Positions 30,460 through 60,255 of a stretch of DNA of 64,000 bases are shown here, piece after piece. The DNA comes from the human T2T-CHM13v2.0 reference genome, Homo sapiens, in NCBI RefSeq assembly GCF_009914755.1, contig NC_060947.1; one strand, 5' to 3'. The translations under genes and the position numbers were made by a program. Numbering within the stretch: the stretch's first letter is position 1; the number at the start of each line of letters is the position of its first letter. The notes below the pieces were generated by a model. That model saw only the letters and a program-made list of their open reading frames with translations, ran no database searches and was not told the origin of the DNA.

Positions 30460-31689
30460 CATATAGCTTTTTTGTATAAATTTAAGGGGTACAAGTGTAA
30501 TTTTGTTACATGAATAGATTGCATAGTGGTGAAGTCAGGGCTTTTACAGCACCCATCACCCAAATAACATACACTGTACCCATTAAATAATCTATCATCA
30601 TCCACCCCCTCCCACCTCCACAGTAGCTTTGAACTGAGCTTACAATAAACAAGCAGCATTAAGTTTAGAAATCTATAAAAATAACTGGGATACGTAAAGT
30701 CACTAGTAGAGAATGACAGAAAGGCCAAAAGGAACTACAAGAAAGCTAGCATTGCAATGTGGTGACCTTTCAGACTTCTCTGTCCTAAGGACATGATATC
30801 AGCTAATGGAGAGAGGGCAGCTCCAATAATCCTCTACACTAATCCACTCCAAATTTGGTTACAGTACTAAATTGCTACATGATGAATAGTAAAGCTATCC
30901 GGGAAAGAGAAGGCTAGTTATTGATCAACATTCATACTCTCCTTCTTTTACAGAATTGCAAGTTTTACCTGAGGAAATGTCCAGGCCCCCTGCTACAGAC
31001 TTTAGCCCCTTGCCCTTGCCTTTCCTTCTAGGGGCTACACATGGTGGTGAGCAATCCCTGGCCAGGCAAGAGTTTAAGATGGCAGCGTAACAAGATAGCA
31101 GCCTGATGCCAGTCTGGAGTTCCCAACCAGAATTTTACATGAGAGAGAAAGGAACAAGTGGAGAGGTTAGGGCAGAAAGCTGGAAGCAATGGGAGAGGTC
31201 AAGAGAGAAGATATGTATGGAGACATCTTCACACTTGTGAGATTTGGCAAAGGAGGAGCCTGAGACGAGGAGTTTAAAGACATGTCCTTGGAAAACACCA
31301 AAACTGAGAGGTTAGAAAGAGAAAGACTAGTCATAGAAGAAACAATCAGAGCAACAAGATGAACAACAGAGGAGCACCAAAGTCACAGGGGTACAGGGAC
31401 CATCAGTCTTACTGTAAAAAAAGGCTTGAGAAAAGACTTATGGATTTATATATAATAACCGTGGGATGTCAGTATGACCACTCCCTGGAGCTATCCGCCT
31501 TTTATAATCCTCCCATTACCTTACCTACACAGTATGCCCAGATCATCCTTATGTGGCTCACTGATTCCTTCCATATATACCTTGTACCATCCTAGAACAT
31601 CTCCCACCCTCAGACATCCTGGCCACACCAGGAACACATTATTAGTTATCACCTTATAGTCACCATCATTATCACAATGCTCCATAACT

Positions 31690-33165
31690 GCCCACAGCCA
31701 ACAAGCATGGCAAGGTGAAATAAAAAGTAATCCAGCTACACTATGAATAGAGCATCTAAGAGAGAACACTGGAATTCAACAGAGAAGTGAAAGGAAATAT
31801 CCAAGGCATGGAAGGAGAGGAGAGGCACACAAATCAGCTCAGCCAGGATCAGATGGGAGCCCAGAGGCTCCCCAGTGTGGGGAAAGGGTAAGTGAGAGAT
31901 CCCCAGTGGTCCACATTCCCTCTACAGACTCCTATAATGCTAGCCACAATAAAGCCCCTCAACCCTCACAGGCCCTAAGACTAGCATGGGGAGCTGCCTG
32001 GAGACCATGCGATGGCATTGCTCTAGAGAAGTTGCTCACACTGGGTCCCACACACTCCCCAAGTCCTAAGCAGCTGTAGCATGACACCATTTTGAGAGCC
32101 CAACCCCCACCATACTGCATTCTGCCCCGGGACCCAACAGCCCCTGCATCTGTACATCCCTGGAGCCCCACTAACATCCCCTCACATCCACCCAGAGGTC
32201 TGCAGCAATATGACACCAGCTAGACACAGCAAAGCAGCAGGCTCCCCAGCACTCTGGCACACACACTGCCCTGCACCCCAGGAATGGGCAGTGCAGTGTA
32301 CCCAGGAGGTTGCCCCAAAGACAAAGGGAGCCAAGTCACATGCTCCTCAGAGCCTGAAACTCGCCTGCCTGGAGCCACAGCCATTGACAGCAACCCTGCT
32401 CCCATCACCAGCAGGACTGCAGGACAATTAAATGCACCCTGAGGCCAGATTCTCCCCCAAAGCAGCCATTGCTGCTGCCACCACTAAGGACAAAAGCAGG
32501 TACCATTGACAGTGACTTGGCCCCCTCTTCCCCCCTCCGCCATCAGCAACAGGGCCAACACACACTTGCATGTACCCTGAGGACTGGCTCCCCCAGCTGC
32601 TGCTGCTGCCACCACCATGGCAGCCACTACCAGAGCTGAAGCACAGGCTCCCCAGAGCCTAAGAGCTGCCTGCCTACAGCTGCTGCCACTGACAGCAAAC
32701 CCATCCTCCCCACAAGCAGCAGGGCCACAGTGCATTTGCACATACCCTGAAGATGGACTATCCCCGCTCGCTGCCACTGCTGTGCCACCACCCAAGCACA
32801 CTGCTGGGGAGCCTAGGGAATCACCCTGCCCTGCCCACCACAGCCTGTGCCCATATGGACCACTGGGGAGGGCCTGAAGGCAGGCCTGCCCAGCCTGGTA
32901 CCACCCCCTTCAGTACCCAAACATGCCACCTAGGGGCATGCTCCTTCCACTACTGTTGGCATCTGTGCACTCCTCTTGGATACATGAGGACAGGCCCACC
33001 CAGCCTACTACTACCATCATAGCCGGCACCTACCTGCACACACCAACAAGGGGGCTGGGGAATGGCCCACCCAGCCTGCCATAGGCACCACTATCACAAG
33101 CGTTTGCCACCCAGGAGCCCAAGGGTTGTCCCACCACTGCTATAGCCACCATCCACGCCACACAA
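31690..33165 (+). mobile_element. Old L1 (L1PB/L1MA-type) GC-rich 5' UTR
   Basis: Repeated gctgccact/ccctgagg monomers and ggggaaagggtaagtgagag motif, typical of older L1 5' ends. Confidence 0.65.
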
Positions 33166-33796
33166 TGATTGGGAAAATGAGTGGGACATGGCCTCTGAGC
33201 AGTTTCTCATAGGTCTCACATTTGCTCATGTTCCAGAATGGTCTCTAGGCATTTCACCACACTCAAATGAGCCATGCTAGAAGATTGTCCCTACATGGCC
33301 TATATAGATATGTGAAGGTCACCAAGACAAAACGCACATGCAATGCCCTCCTCCTAGGATATGCATAAGTCAAAAGGTCCCTCATTGTTGGAGGAAGCTG
33401 GTGCTATCTATCATCCACCATGTGTTTCTCTGTAGAACTCTGATTTGCATGACTGAAGATTTATGATGGATTATGGGATGGATGATACAAATGTAACAGG
33501 TCCCACAAGCTTCACTCATGGCCCTGAGTTAGATAGAGAGACTAGTGTCTGACACATGTATGAAGAGAATCTGGGGCTGGAGATGCCTCTGCCAGAATAT
33601 GCAAAAAGGGGCTAGCTAGACAGTGACCTGCACCTCTATCTCCTACAGAAAAAAGGCTTGTGATCTCCATGTGGACATGTGGACCCTGAGAAAGAATGAC
33701 AGACTTTTTCTCCATCTAGAGGAGAAAAGGCATAGAGAACTTCCCCCTACCTTCAAGCAAATGGCAGAGTTTTAGAAAGCTTTTCTTATCTCATGT

Positions 33797-37990
<4,194 letters not shown>

Positions 37991-38394
37991 TTTTTTAAAG
38001 TCTGTCTTATATCCTCCTGGAATTAGCAAAAACAGGGATTAATATCAGACTCACACAAATGAAGTCCAGGACCTGTGGCTGGAATGCTCTTGCTGGAAGA
38101 TACAATAAGACACTGACTTGTGAGTGAACCACACGTCTATCACATGCACAAGAAAGAACTGCGCTTTCCAGTGTCTACATGTGGAGGCTATAATGTTGAG
38201 TGGCCTGAGATCGTATTAAAATCAAAGCATCCAAGAGGAACACTTGGAAAGAAAAGAAGGAGCACAACAGAGGGGTGAGTGGCAAAATCCTAGGGACTAA
38301 GATGCCCAGACCCAGAAAAGGCACATCCTAAAAGCCTGCATTGAATGGGAAGTCGAACGCACACTATCTCAGGTAAGAGATTTGGCAGAGGCTC

Positions 38395-38825
38395 TGTTAT
38401 GGATTGAAGTGTGTCCTCCAGAACATTTATATGTGAAGTCCTAACACCCAGTATCTCAGAATGTGACACTATTTGGAGATAGGGACTTTACAGAGGTAAT
38501 CAAGTTAAAACAAAAACATTAGGTGGCCCTGTTCCAATATGACGGGTGTCCTTTAAGAAGAAAAAAATTTGGACACAGACATATACAGAGAGAATGCCAT
38601 GTGAATAGGAAGACAGTCATCTATAAGCCAAAGACAGAGGCCTAGAACAGAGCCTTCTCTTGCAGCCCTTGGAAGGAACCAACTGCCAACACATTGATTT
38701 CTGACTTATAGCCTCCAGAACTGTGAGACAAATTTCTGTTGTTTAAACACTGAGTTGGTGCTACTTTGTTGTGGCAGCCTTATCCGACTAATCTGATAAA
38801 GCCAGCCTTATCAGACTTGGCCTTG
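38395..38825 (+). mobile_element. MLT1A/B-like LTR (shared insertion, copy c)
   Basis: ggctc|tgttatggattgaa...; host sequence resumes at gtctccaaagg. Confidence 0.82.
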
Positions 38826-40044
38826 GTCTCCAAAGGCCAACATAATAAATGTCAAATACTGCCATAATCTAAAGTGAGGCACTAGGACACCTTGCGAAGA
38901 AATGGAAACATACAGGATCTGCTGGCATTACTTGTCACTTCACTTATATGTGGAATCTCAATAAGTTGAACTCATAGAAAGACAGGAGAAGGGTGGTTAC
39001 CAGGATGAAGTTAATGGGAAGATGCTAGTCAAAGGGTACAAACTTTCAGTTATAACATGAGTAAGTTCTGGAGATCTAATGTACAGCATGATGATTATAG
39101 TTAATGTATTATTCTAGATTGGGTTTCTACCTGCTTAGAAGTGACCGCAGGACAGTTCGTTAAGAGCAGCCAGATGACTATGGGAACTTCCTGAGATTCC
39201 TTCCCATACAAGGAAAGAACATTCTCAAGCCAGTTGTTTCACATAAAAAGAAAGTTACTTTCTTTTTGTTTCCATGAAGGCAGCTCAACAACAACACAGT
39301 TGTGGACACAGTGAACGAATTTCTAACTGAATATGCTCCAGAGAAATCGGACAGCCAAGAAATTATAATGAGGACTTCAGGATGGCACTCCTCTCTGGAA
39401 TGTTTGGTAGCCCTAAGGTAGGAGATACATAGCAACTTCTCAGCTATGCACAATCCTACTGTTCTAGCATTTTTCAGTGGATATTGAAAATATGAAAAAA
39501 TAAAAAGGCCCCCCTGAGAAAACCAACTAGTATAAATTCCCCTGCTTAAAGGAGGATTTCATACAGGAGATGATCCTCTGGGAATAAAAAGGGGCTACTA
39601 ACCCAAAAAGAGCTGATGGCAGTCACACATGTGGCAGTCTGCATGTACCCTGACATCTCACAGAAAGATGGGATAAAGGGACATTGGGTTACACACACAT
39701 TATACCTGCCTTGTCTTCCTGAATTTCTCCCCATTCAACCCCCTTTTATCCTTTTGTTCCCCTTTGTGCTCTTTCTCTACTTTTTCCCATGTTTCCCATG
39801 TTCTTATTAAGCTGAGTGCTATCTATGAAAAAAAAATGCAATGATACTCACAATGAAGACTGGACCCCAATCATTCAAGGATGCTTTCCTAGCCATAGCT
39901 GAGCAGGGAGCATCCTAATAAGATTTATTTCCACATACTCATCTCCCATATATGTGGTTTCCTAAATGAGATTTGTTCTCCAACGACCATGGAACACATC
40001 CAGATTCTCCTCCTACCCTTTTCACTACCAACTGCATTTTTCTA

Positions 40045-40407
<363 letters not shown>

Positions 40408-41449
40408 CTATCAAGTTCATTTGTCAAAAGCAGCTGGGGCCTTGAAAATCCACTCTGTGCGGGAGCTGAGGCCCAAGGCCAACATGGAGATAAGGCCCCC
40501 TGAGGGCTGCCAACCACCTCATTGCAAACTTGGGATTGCAGTTCCTAGCCTAACAACTGGATACACAACATGTCATGATCCAAAAGGCAGAAAGAATACA
40601 AATAGGAGGAAATGATTTTTGCAAAATTACAGGACTACACATGTGGATTTACTAGGCGCCAGAAGGTACAGTGAATTCGAAAGCCAACAATCACCAAGTC
40701 CTTTCAGAGTACCTTTAAAAATACAAAACAGTTTCCCAGAGAATAACCATTAGTCTAAATACCCCCACTTAAAGATATAAAGATAATCCAATATAAAACT
40801 TATCTCTAAGAACAACCAGAAGGCTTCAAGTCTAGAGAGCAGAAGGAAGTCAACCTGTGACAGGGTCTGCATACATGCTGACATCTCACAGAATGACAGA
40901 AAGAAGGAATACTGGCTTACATTCACTTTTGAAATACGTAAACTAGATAACTAAATGTATCCTCAGACCCACAATTAAGGCTGCATTGAGGCAAGATGGT
41001 GTGGGTCAGACAAGTTCCTGAAAGTCTGTCTTGAACAATATTGAAAGCAATACGCTTTTGGATGTAAGTATTTTGGCACAGGCTCCGAAGGTCAAAACAA
41101 TAAATGTCTAGGACCCCATATCCTAAGTTGAGGTACCATACTATCTTGCCAAAACCCTGAGCAAAACTGGGTCAGCCGACATTAGTCCATTTCCAACCTT
41201 AAAGATGTGAATATTGAGGTGGAAGAAGGAGGAAAGAAATGTTAGAGGGAATTGTCACTGTGGTAGGCATTTTCTCCTGTGTCCTGAATAAAAGCCTTCA
41301 CTTGCTTTCCCTAATCTCATAAACAAACATTTAATGTAAATGGAGGAAACCTGCTGGGAAAATGTCACATTTAGAATCGAAACTGACTTTCTTAAGCCTG
41401 TGCTCCACTGCAAGCTGAGCATCAGCTGTCCATTCCGCTAAGGTTTTTT

Positions 41450-47389
<5,940 letters not shown>

Positions 47390-47499
47390 GCTAAGGTTTT
47401 TTGTTGTTGTTTTATTTTTTATCAATATATAACAGTTGTACATAGTTTGAGGGTACATGCGATATTTTGATATATGTATGTAATGTGTAATGACCCATT

Positions 47500-50820
<3,321 letters not shown>

Positions 50821-51273
50821 CTTGTCCAATCAACCTGTGGGATCTCACTTGTATTTTTTCCAAAAGGGCACTATGACCTTATCAGCCTCCAGGAAAAGGG
50901 AATTAAAAATATGATGGAATCAATCTGTGAAAAACCAGGTGTGGCAGAGCCCCATGTAGTTTTCCCTCTTTTACTTTAAAATAAACAGGCCAACTTTTGC
51001 AGCCATTTTGTAGCAATAACTGTTCTCTCAGGAACACAGAATACTTTATTTGGTGAAAGACAATAGTTGTTCTTTGACTACAAATGGGATTCAGTGAGGG
51101 AAACCACTTACATTATTTCAAGTATCATAACTGGTAGGTAAGCCCCGGATTTTGTTGGGGATCTTAAGTTTCCCTTGCTGGTGTGCATCCGAGGCCATAG
51201 GGTTGACACCTTCAGTTTGCCAGTTGAGAGATTATAACACAGTGAAAGCATTAGGCATAAGAGGAATTTTTCA

Positions 51274-51639
<366 letters not shown>

Positions 51640-52538
51640 TTAGTAAACAGTGCATACAATGAATCAGCTCACAGGCCTCTCAATGATAAGATCACTTTTA
51701 ACTTTTTTATCTTTTCGCTACAAGTTCTACCAGCTGCATTCAGACAATTTTTATAGAAACAAAGACTATAAATAATTTTTACACAGACACTACAATACCG
51801 GCTTCCAGGAGACCATCTACTCTCCTTGGCTGGAAGCCCAGAAAATAAAGAGGTGCGAGACACACCACGAGAACAACTGGCACCAGTAAGCACGAGTTTG
51901 TACTTGCTTTCAGCCATCCTCTGGGGTTACAAAAAAGGTACCTTTAACAATAATTAGGCACCAATTAAACAGATGATTTCAATCTTACCTCTTGCTGCCT
52001 AACCTTCCAAACTTTTTCAACAGGTGACATACACTATTGGACCCCAAAGAAACTATCTTATCTTCCCCCTAACTTGGCCCACACACAGCAGGCCCATTTA
52101 CCCCTACCTTGGCCCACTGTTGGACAGTGGGAGGACCCCTACACTCCCACTCACCCATCGTGTAGACAAGGATTCCAGGGAGCCTTGATCTCTCCTAATC
52201 CACCCTATCTGTGTTACACAGTCATAAGAATCTCATCTCATTCAATGGCTTGACCACAGTAAGTCCAGTGCCATGGATCCCTGGTGCCTTATCCATCCTA
52301 ACATGGAATTTACAATCTCCTAGTGGAGGAACTTTATTGCCCCTCTTGCCTACCACTTAGGTGAGAAGATGTGTCTTAGAAACCAACCTAACTAGTGTGC
52401 TGTCTTGTCTAATAAAAGGGCCAACTTTTTCAGCCACACATTCCAGACCAGATATGTCATCTCATGCACAGAGACATGCAAGGCCAAGGACAAGGCCCAA
52501 ATTATTATTCCACTAAAAACTCTAAAAACACACTTTTA

Positions 52539-52889
<351 letters not shown>

Positions 52890-52900
52890 TTACTATATCC

Positions 52901-53185
<285 letters not shown>

Positions 53186-53258
53186 TTACTATATCCATCC
53201 TATTACATATATATACACATCACTGACAGGATGACAAAACCCATGAATGCTCCAGTTA

Positions 53259-53465
<207 letters not shown>

Positions 53466-54490
53466 TTAGGAGCATAGGGTTTTGATTGATATAGTACATT
53501 GGGCTTCTAACTGGTTAGAAGTGACAACAGGATGGTTGGTTATTTAAAAGTCAACAGATGTCTATGGGATCTTCCAGAGATTTCCTCCTAGACATGGGAA
53601 AAACCGATCCCCAAGGCAGTTTCCTTCTCTTTATTACCACCTCTTTATTACCATCAAAGGCTTCTCAACAAACTGCTGATGAAGACGTGTTCTGGAAGAA
53701 AGTCCACCATTTAGAAAAGGGTCTACCTTCCCTCCAACAATTGTGGGATGGCAATATCAAAAATGTATCTCAAAGAAGAAACCATTCCTAGAAAAGCCCG
53801 GACAAATGTGAACAGATAACATCTGAGACAGGAGATGATAATGTCTCACTTCACAGCTATGATGCTCAAATGAGAGCATCCCATTTCAGCCTACAGGGTC
53901 TCGCCTGTATTTTTCCAATAGAACATTATGGCCTTAGCAGCCTCCAGGAGGAAGGAGTTAAAATCCCATGGAGTCAAAAGCTCTGGACCAGTGACCACCC
54001 AGTCCCTGTGAAAGCTCATCAGCTCAGGCCGGGGGCCTACATAAAAACAAACCACTCAAGGTGCTTCTACTGCCTAACACACAAACTTGGGCTCAGGCTT
54101 TCTGGACTGGCATGGAGCCAGTCCATGCCACGCATAGAGCCTAGAGGACGGACATGTTGCTATATGAATAGCAAAATGAATATAACACGAGAAACTGGTG
54201 ATCACCAAAATGAAGCGCTACCTGTACTGATCAGTCACATTGCCTAGATTCATGAAGCTGTAGTGAAATCAATATCCAACAAATACCAAGACGTTTCTAA
54301 GTGAGTATTCAAGTTTACAAAACAGGCTCCCTGAGAAAACCCACAAGACTAAACACCCAGGCTTAAAAGTGTGTGGACGATATCACACTGGAGATTGTCC
54401 AGTATGAAAACTCTCTGAGAATAACGAGGTGGATTTGAATCCCGAGAGACCTAAAGACAGTCACATATATGGGGGATCTGCATATAAATA

Positions 54491-54880
54491 ATGCTGCTAC
54501 GAACATTTGAGAGTAAGTTTCCATGTGAACCTATGTTCAATTCTATTGTGTATTTACCTAGGACTGGAATAGAATTGAACATGGAAACTTACTCTCAAAT
54601 GTTCACAGCAGCATGATTCCATCTATAAGAAATATCCACAATAGGCAAATCCATAGAGTCAGATAGTAGATTAATGGTTGTCAGGTAACACGAAGTAGGG
54701 AGAACCGACAGTAACTGCTAAGAGGTATGGGGTATCATTTTGGGTTAATGGAAATGTTCTGGAATGAGATCGTGGTAATTGTCGAATAATAATGAATAAA
54801 CTAAAAATCACTGAACTATACACTTTAAAATAGCAAAATGTATGTATATTAATTATATTTCCCCAAAACTGCAAAATTAA
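54491..54880. mobile_element. L1MB 3' UTR fragment with fold-back inversion
   Basis: Paralog of 26150-26680; inverted arms at 54491-54547 and 54568-54614. Confidence 0.75.
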
Positions 54881-55417
54881 ACAATAACAAACATTTCTTA
54901 AACTCACGGTTTGTGTAGATCATGAATTCTGGAATGGCGGAGCTGGGAGGTTCTGGCCCAGTGCATCTCGTGAGGCTGTAGTCAAGATGTCAGCTGGGGC
55001 TGCAACATCAAAATTGACTGCAGGTGGAAGGTCTACTTTCAAGGAGATACAGTCACAAGGCTGGCAAGGTGGTGCTGGTAGTTAATGAGAGATCTGTTTC
55101 TTCCCACGTGGGCCTCTCCAAAGGCTGTTTGTATGTCCTCACAACCTGGTAGATGACTTCTTCTAGAATGAGAGAGGAACAAATATTGCTTCCCCATTAC
55201 CTCAAGCAAATGACAAAAAACTTCAGAAAGCTTGGCTTTTATCTCCTGCAGGTTAAGGATTGCAGGAAATAGTATTTGACTCATACAAGTAAAGTCTAGA
55301 GGCTGGGGCTAGAGCAGTTCCTGGCAGAAGGAACAATAAAAATGGGATGCTTGGACATAACCTGAACTACCAGCAAATGCAGAAAAATCTGTGTTTCCAA
55401 GGAACAAATATGGATCC

Positions 55418-56368
55418 TGACGGGGTGGCCTGCCCCTCCACACCTGTGGGTGTTTCTCGTCGGGTGGGATGAGAGACTGAGAAAAGAGACACAGAAACAA
55501 ACTATAGAGAAAGAAAAGTGAGCCCAGGGGACCGGCACTCAGCATACCGAGGACCCACGCCGGCACCAGTCTCTGAGTTCCCTCGGTATTTATTGATCAT
55601 TATCTCTACCATTTCAGAGAGGGGGATGTGGCAGCACAATAGAGTAATAGTGGGGAGAGGGTCAGCAGGAAAACATGTGAACAAATGTCTCTGCATCATA
55701 AACAAGGTTAAAGAAAAAAGTGCTGTGCTTTTGATGTGCATATACATAAACAGCAGTATTGCCTCCAGCATGTCTCACCTCCAGCCCTAAGGCTGTTTTC
55801 TCCTATCACAGTAGATGGAATATACAATGGGGTTTTACACCGAGGCATTCCATTGCCCAGGGACGAGCAGGAGACAGATGCCTTCCTCTTATCTCAACAG
55901 CAAAGAGGCCTTCCTCTTTTTACTAATCCTCCTCAGCACAGACCCTTTACGGGTGTCGGGCTGGGGGACGGTCAGGTCTTTCCCTTCCCACGAGGCCACA
56001 TTTCAGACTATCACATGGGGAGAAACCTTGGACAATACCTGGTTTTCCTAGGTAGAGGTCCCTGCGGCCTTCCGTAGTGTTTTGTGTCCCTGGGTACTTG
56101 AGAGTAGGGAGTGGTGGTGACTTTTAACAAGCATGCTGCCTTCAAGCATTTGTTTAACAAAGCACATCCTGCATAGCCCTAAATCCATTTAACCCTGAGT
56201 TGACACAGCACAGGTTTCTGTGAGCACAGGGTTGGGGGTAGGGTTACAGATTAACAGCATCTCAAGGCAGAAGAATTTTTCTTAGTACAGAACAAAATGG
56301 AGTCTCTTACGTCTACTTCTTTCTACATAGACACAGTACCAGTCTGATCTCTCTCTCTTTTCCCCACA
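55418..56368 (-). mobile_element. HERV-K(HML-2) LTR5 (probably LTR5B/A) solo LTR
   Basis: 951 bp; minus strand starts TGTGGGGAAAAGAGAGAGAGATCAGACT; 6-bp TSD GGATCC. Confidence 0.92.
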
Positions 56369-56874
56369 GGATCCCACAAAAGGGAGTGGCCTGAGATTAC
56401 CTTAAAAGGAAAAATAGCTAAGTGGGCCACCCACTGGGGTGGAAGGACCCCAACACAGGGATGGGCTACAAAAGGCCTAGGGACTGAGGGGAAGCCTAAG
56501 TGGCCAGAGGAAAGACACTGGATGTGGCAGGGTCATGTACTCTGAGGTCCCTCAAGGAACCTGCAAATATCCCCATTTACTGTGTCAGACAAGGATTTCC
56601 TCCATATCACCAAGCCCTAAGGCTATATTGCAACTTTGCGAACCATGCAAGGGTATGCCCTTCTCCCACAAGCCTGCTACTTTCCGGGCCCCCGCTGTAG
56701 ATCAGAAACAGTGTGTGGTGAAATCAAGTTTACATATGAACATTTACGTGACCATTGACTAATATTTGTGAGCATCAGTGGAATTTTAGCTTGATAATAG
56801 CAGGAACATGTCTATTTTGTTACTGCTGCCTCCCAGTGACAGTGTCTGGCACATAGTAAGTGCTCAAAAACTAT

Positions 56875-58450
56875 TCCTGATCCCTACCTCACATGTTACA
56901 CAAAATTAACTCAAATGGACCAAATACCTAAATATAAAAACGATAACTATAAAACTCTTAGAAGAAGAAGAGAGGTTTTTATCTTCATGACCTTAGATTA
57001 AGCAATGGCTTCTTAAAAATGGCACCAAACATACAAGCAACCAAAAAACAGAGACAACTTGTACTTCAACAAAATTAAACTGTTTTACATCAAAGACCCT
57101 AGCAAGAAAGTTAAAAGACAATCCACAGAATAGGAGAAAATATTTGTAAATCATACATCTGATAAAGGTTTAGTATCCAGAATATAAAAAGAATTTGTAT
57201 AACTCAATGACAAAAGGAAAATAACCCAATTATTACATAGGCAAAAGATTTAAGTGGACATTTCTCCAAAGATGATATACAAATGGCCAAAGAACACATA
57301 AAAAGATGCTCAACATCATTAGTCATTTGAGAAATGCAAATCAAAACCACAATGAGATACAATCTCACACCATTAGGATGACTATAACCAAAAAAAAAAA
57401 AAAAATGGGCAATAACAAGTGTTGAAGAGGCTGTAGAGAAATTGGAACCCTCAAACATTGCTGGTGTGAATGAAAAATGGTGCAGCTGCTGTGGAAAACG
57501 CTTTGGCAGGTCTTCAAAAAGTTAAACATAGAGTTACCATATGGTCCAACAATTCCACTCTAGGTATATACCCAACAGAACTAAAACTACATGTTAACAC
57601 AAAAACTTGTATGAGAATGTTCATAGCATCATTGTTCAAAATAGCCTAAAAGTGTAAGCAACACAAATATCCATCAATTTATCAATGGATAAACAAAATT
57701 GGTATATCAACAATGGAATATTATTAAGCCATAAAAAGCAATGAAGTACCAATACACACTACAACATGGATAAACTTTGAAAACATTAAGAAGCCAGGCA
57801 CAAACGGACAAATATTGTATGATCTTACTTATATGGGGTGTCTAGAAGTATTCAAATTCATGGAGACAGAAAGTAGAATATTGGTTTCCAGTGCATAGGG
57901 GGAAAGGGAGACAGAGATTTATTGCTAATTGGTTACAGTTTCAGTTTCGGAAGATGAAAAAATTCCGGAGGATGTGGTGATGAGTGCACAACAGTGTGAA
58001 TGTACTTTATGTCACTGAACTGCAAAAATGGTAAAAATACTTAAAAATGGTTAAAATGGTAAATTTTACATTATGTATATTTTACCACAATAAAAAAGGA
58101 ATGAAGTACTAACATGATACAACTTGGATGAATCTTGAAAACATTATGCTTAAGTAAAAGAAGACACAAATGATTCCATTTAAATAAAATGTCCAGAATA
58201 AGCAAATCTAGAGAGAGAAAAAGTAAATTAGCTGTTGTATGGAGGGATGTTGCTTGTTGGATAGGAGGAAGGGAGAAATTGAGAGTGATTAATAGGTAGG
58301 AGGCTTCTTTTAGGGGTGTATATATAAGTGTTCTGGAATCAAATAGTGGTGAGCACAAAGCACAGCATTGTGACTATACTAACAACCACTTTATATTTTA
58401 TTCTTAAAAATGAAAAAATCATGTTTTGTGAATTTTGTCTCAATTTAAAA
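56875..58450 (+). mobile_element. L1MB-type 3' portion
   Basis: ORF2 C-terminus and 3' UTR motifs. Confidence 0.85.
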
Positions 58451-58454
58451 ATTG

Positions 58455-59555
<1,101 letters not shown>

Positions 59556-59609
59556 CAGAATGTTTTTAAGCTCCCCAAGTGTTTCTGAGGTGCATCCTGG
59601 ATTTGGAAC

Positions 59610-60056
59610 CTGCCCCCTGTCTCTGATGGTTTTGTATTATTAATATGGGCTACTGACTCCAGCTGGATGGTAAGTATCTTGAGGGCAGGGCCCCCACCTC
59701 AAGCTTCCTTGTTGATGTCACTGTGATATCACAATGTCTGCACAAATATCATTGGATGAAAGGATTCAGAGCAACTGCCACCCAGAATGTCAGTTGCCAG
59801 GGAGCTCCAACAGAACTGAGGGACGAACAGTAGGTGCCTGAGAGCTGGCCGATCTGGTCACTCTCTCCAGTGGGCCACAGGGGCCCACTTGGTGGGCAGT
59901 CTCTGCTGCCAGCTAGGGCATCTCAGCTCAGCCCAGAGCAAAGACGTGTAGGGACATAACGCTTTCCTCAAGCTTCCTTTCCCAGCTCCAAACTTAGAGG
60001 CCCAGTTTTGGGCCTAGAATTCACTGAGGTTTGTGGCTGTTTGTCCAACAGTCACC
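59610..60056 (+). promoter_or_regulatory. Putative promoter/5' UTR region of the testis-type PRDX4 exon
   Basis: CRE-like TGATGTCA at 59713-59720 next to palindrome TGTGATATCACA at 59722-59733; directly upstream of the alternative exon. Confidence 0.55.
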
Positions 60057-60255
60057 ATGGATCACCGAAGCCGACTACGGGGCACAGGCCTGAACCGAAT
60101 CCCTGGGACTCAGTCCCGAGCCCCCCGAGTCCCACTCCCCTTCCACGTGCAACAGGAGGCCAGGGAAGGAGAAGACTGGGAGCGAGAGCCACCTCGTCAG
60201 AGGCCTCCTATCTATGAGCCACCAGAAAGTGAAGAGCTGCCAGATAATGTTATGG
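60057..60255 (+). CDS. PRDX4: PRDX4 alternative testis-type first coding exon (Prx4t), no signal peptide, 66 codons + 1 nt
   Basis: Strong Kozak context gtcaccATGG; translation MDHRSRLRGTGLNRIPGTQSRAPRVPLPFHVQQEAREGEDWEREPPRQRPPIYEPPESEELPDNVM. Donor G|GTAAG at 60256 has the same phase (1) as the canonical exon 1. An upstream testis-specific exon 1 is known for PRDX4. Confidence 0.85.

Noticed and set aside
31690-33165. GC-rich cluster of short ORFs as a gene or CpG island
   Set aside because: CpG-depleted and built of monomers typical of an old L1 5' UTR.
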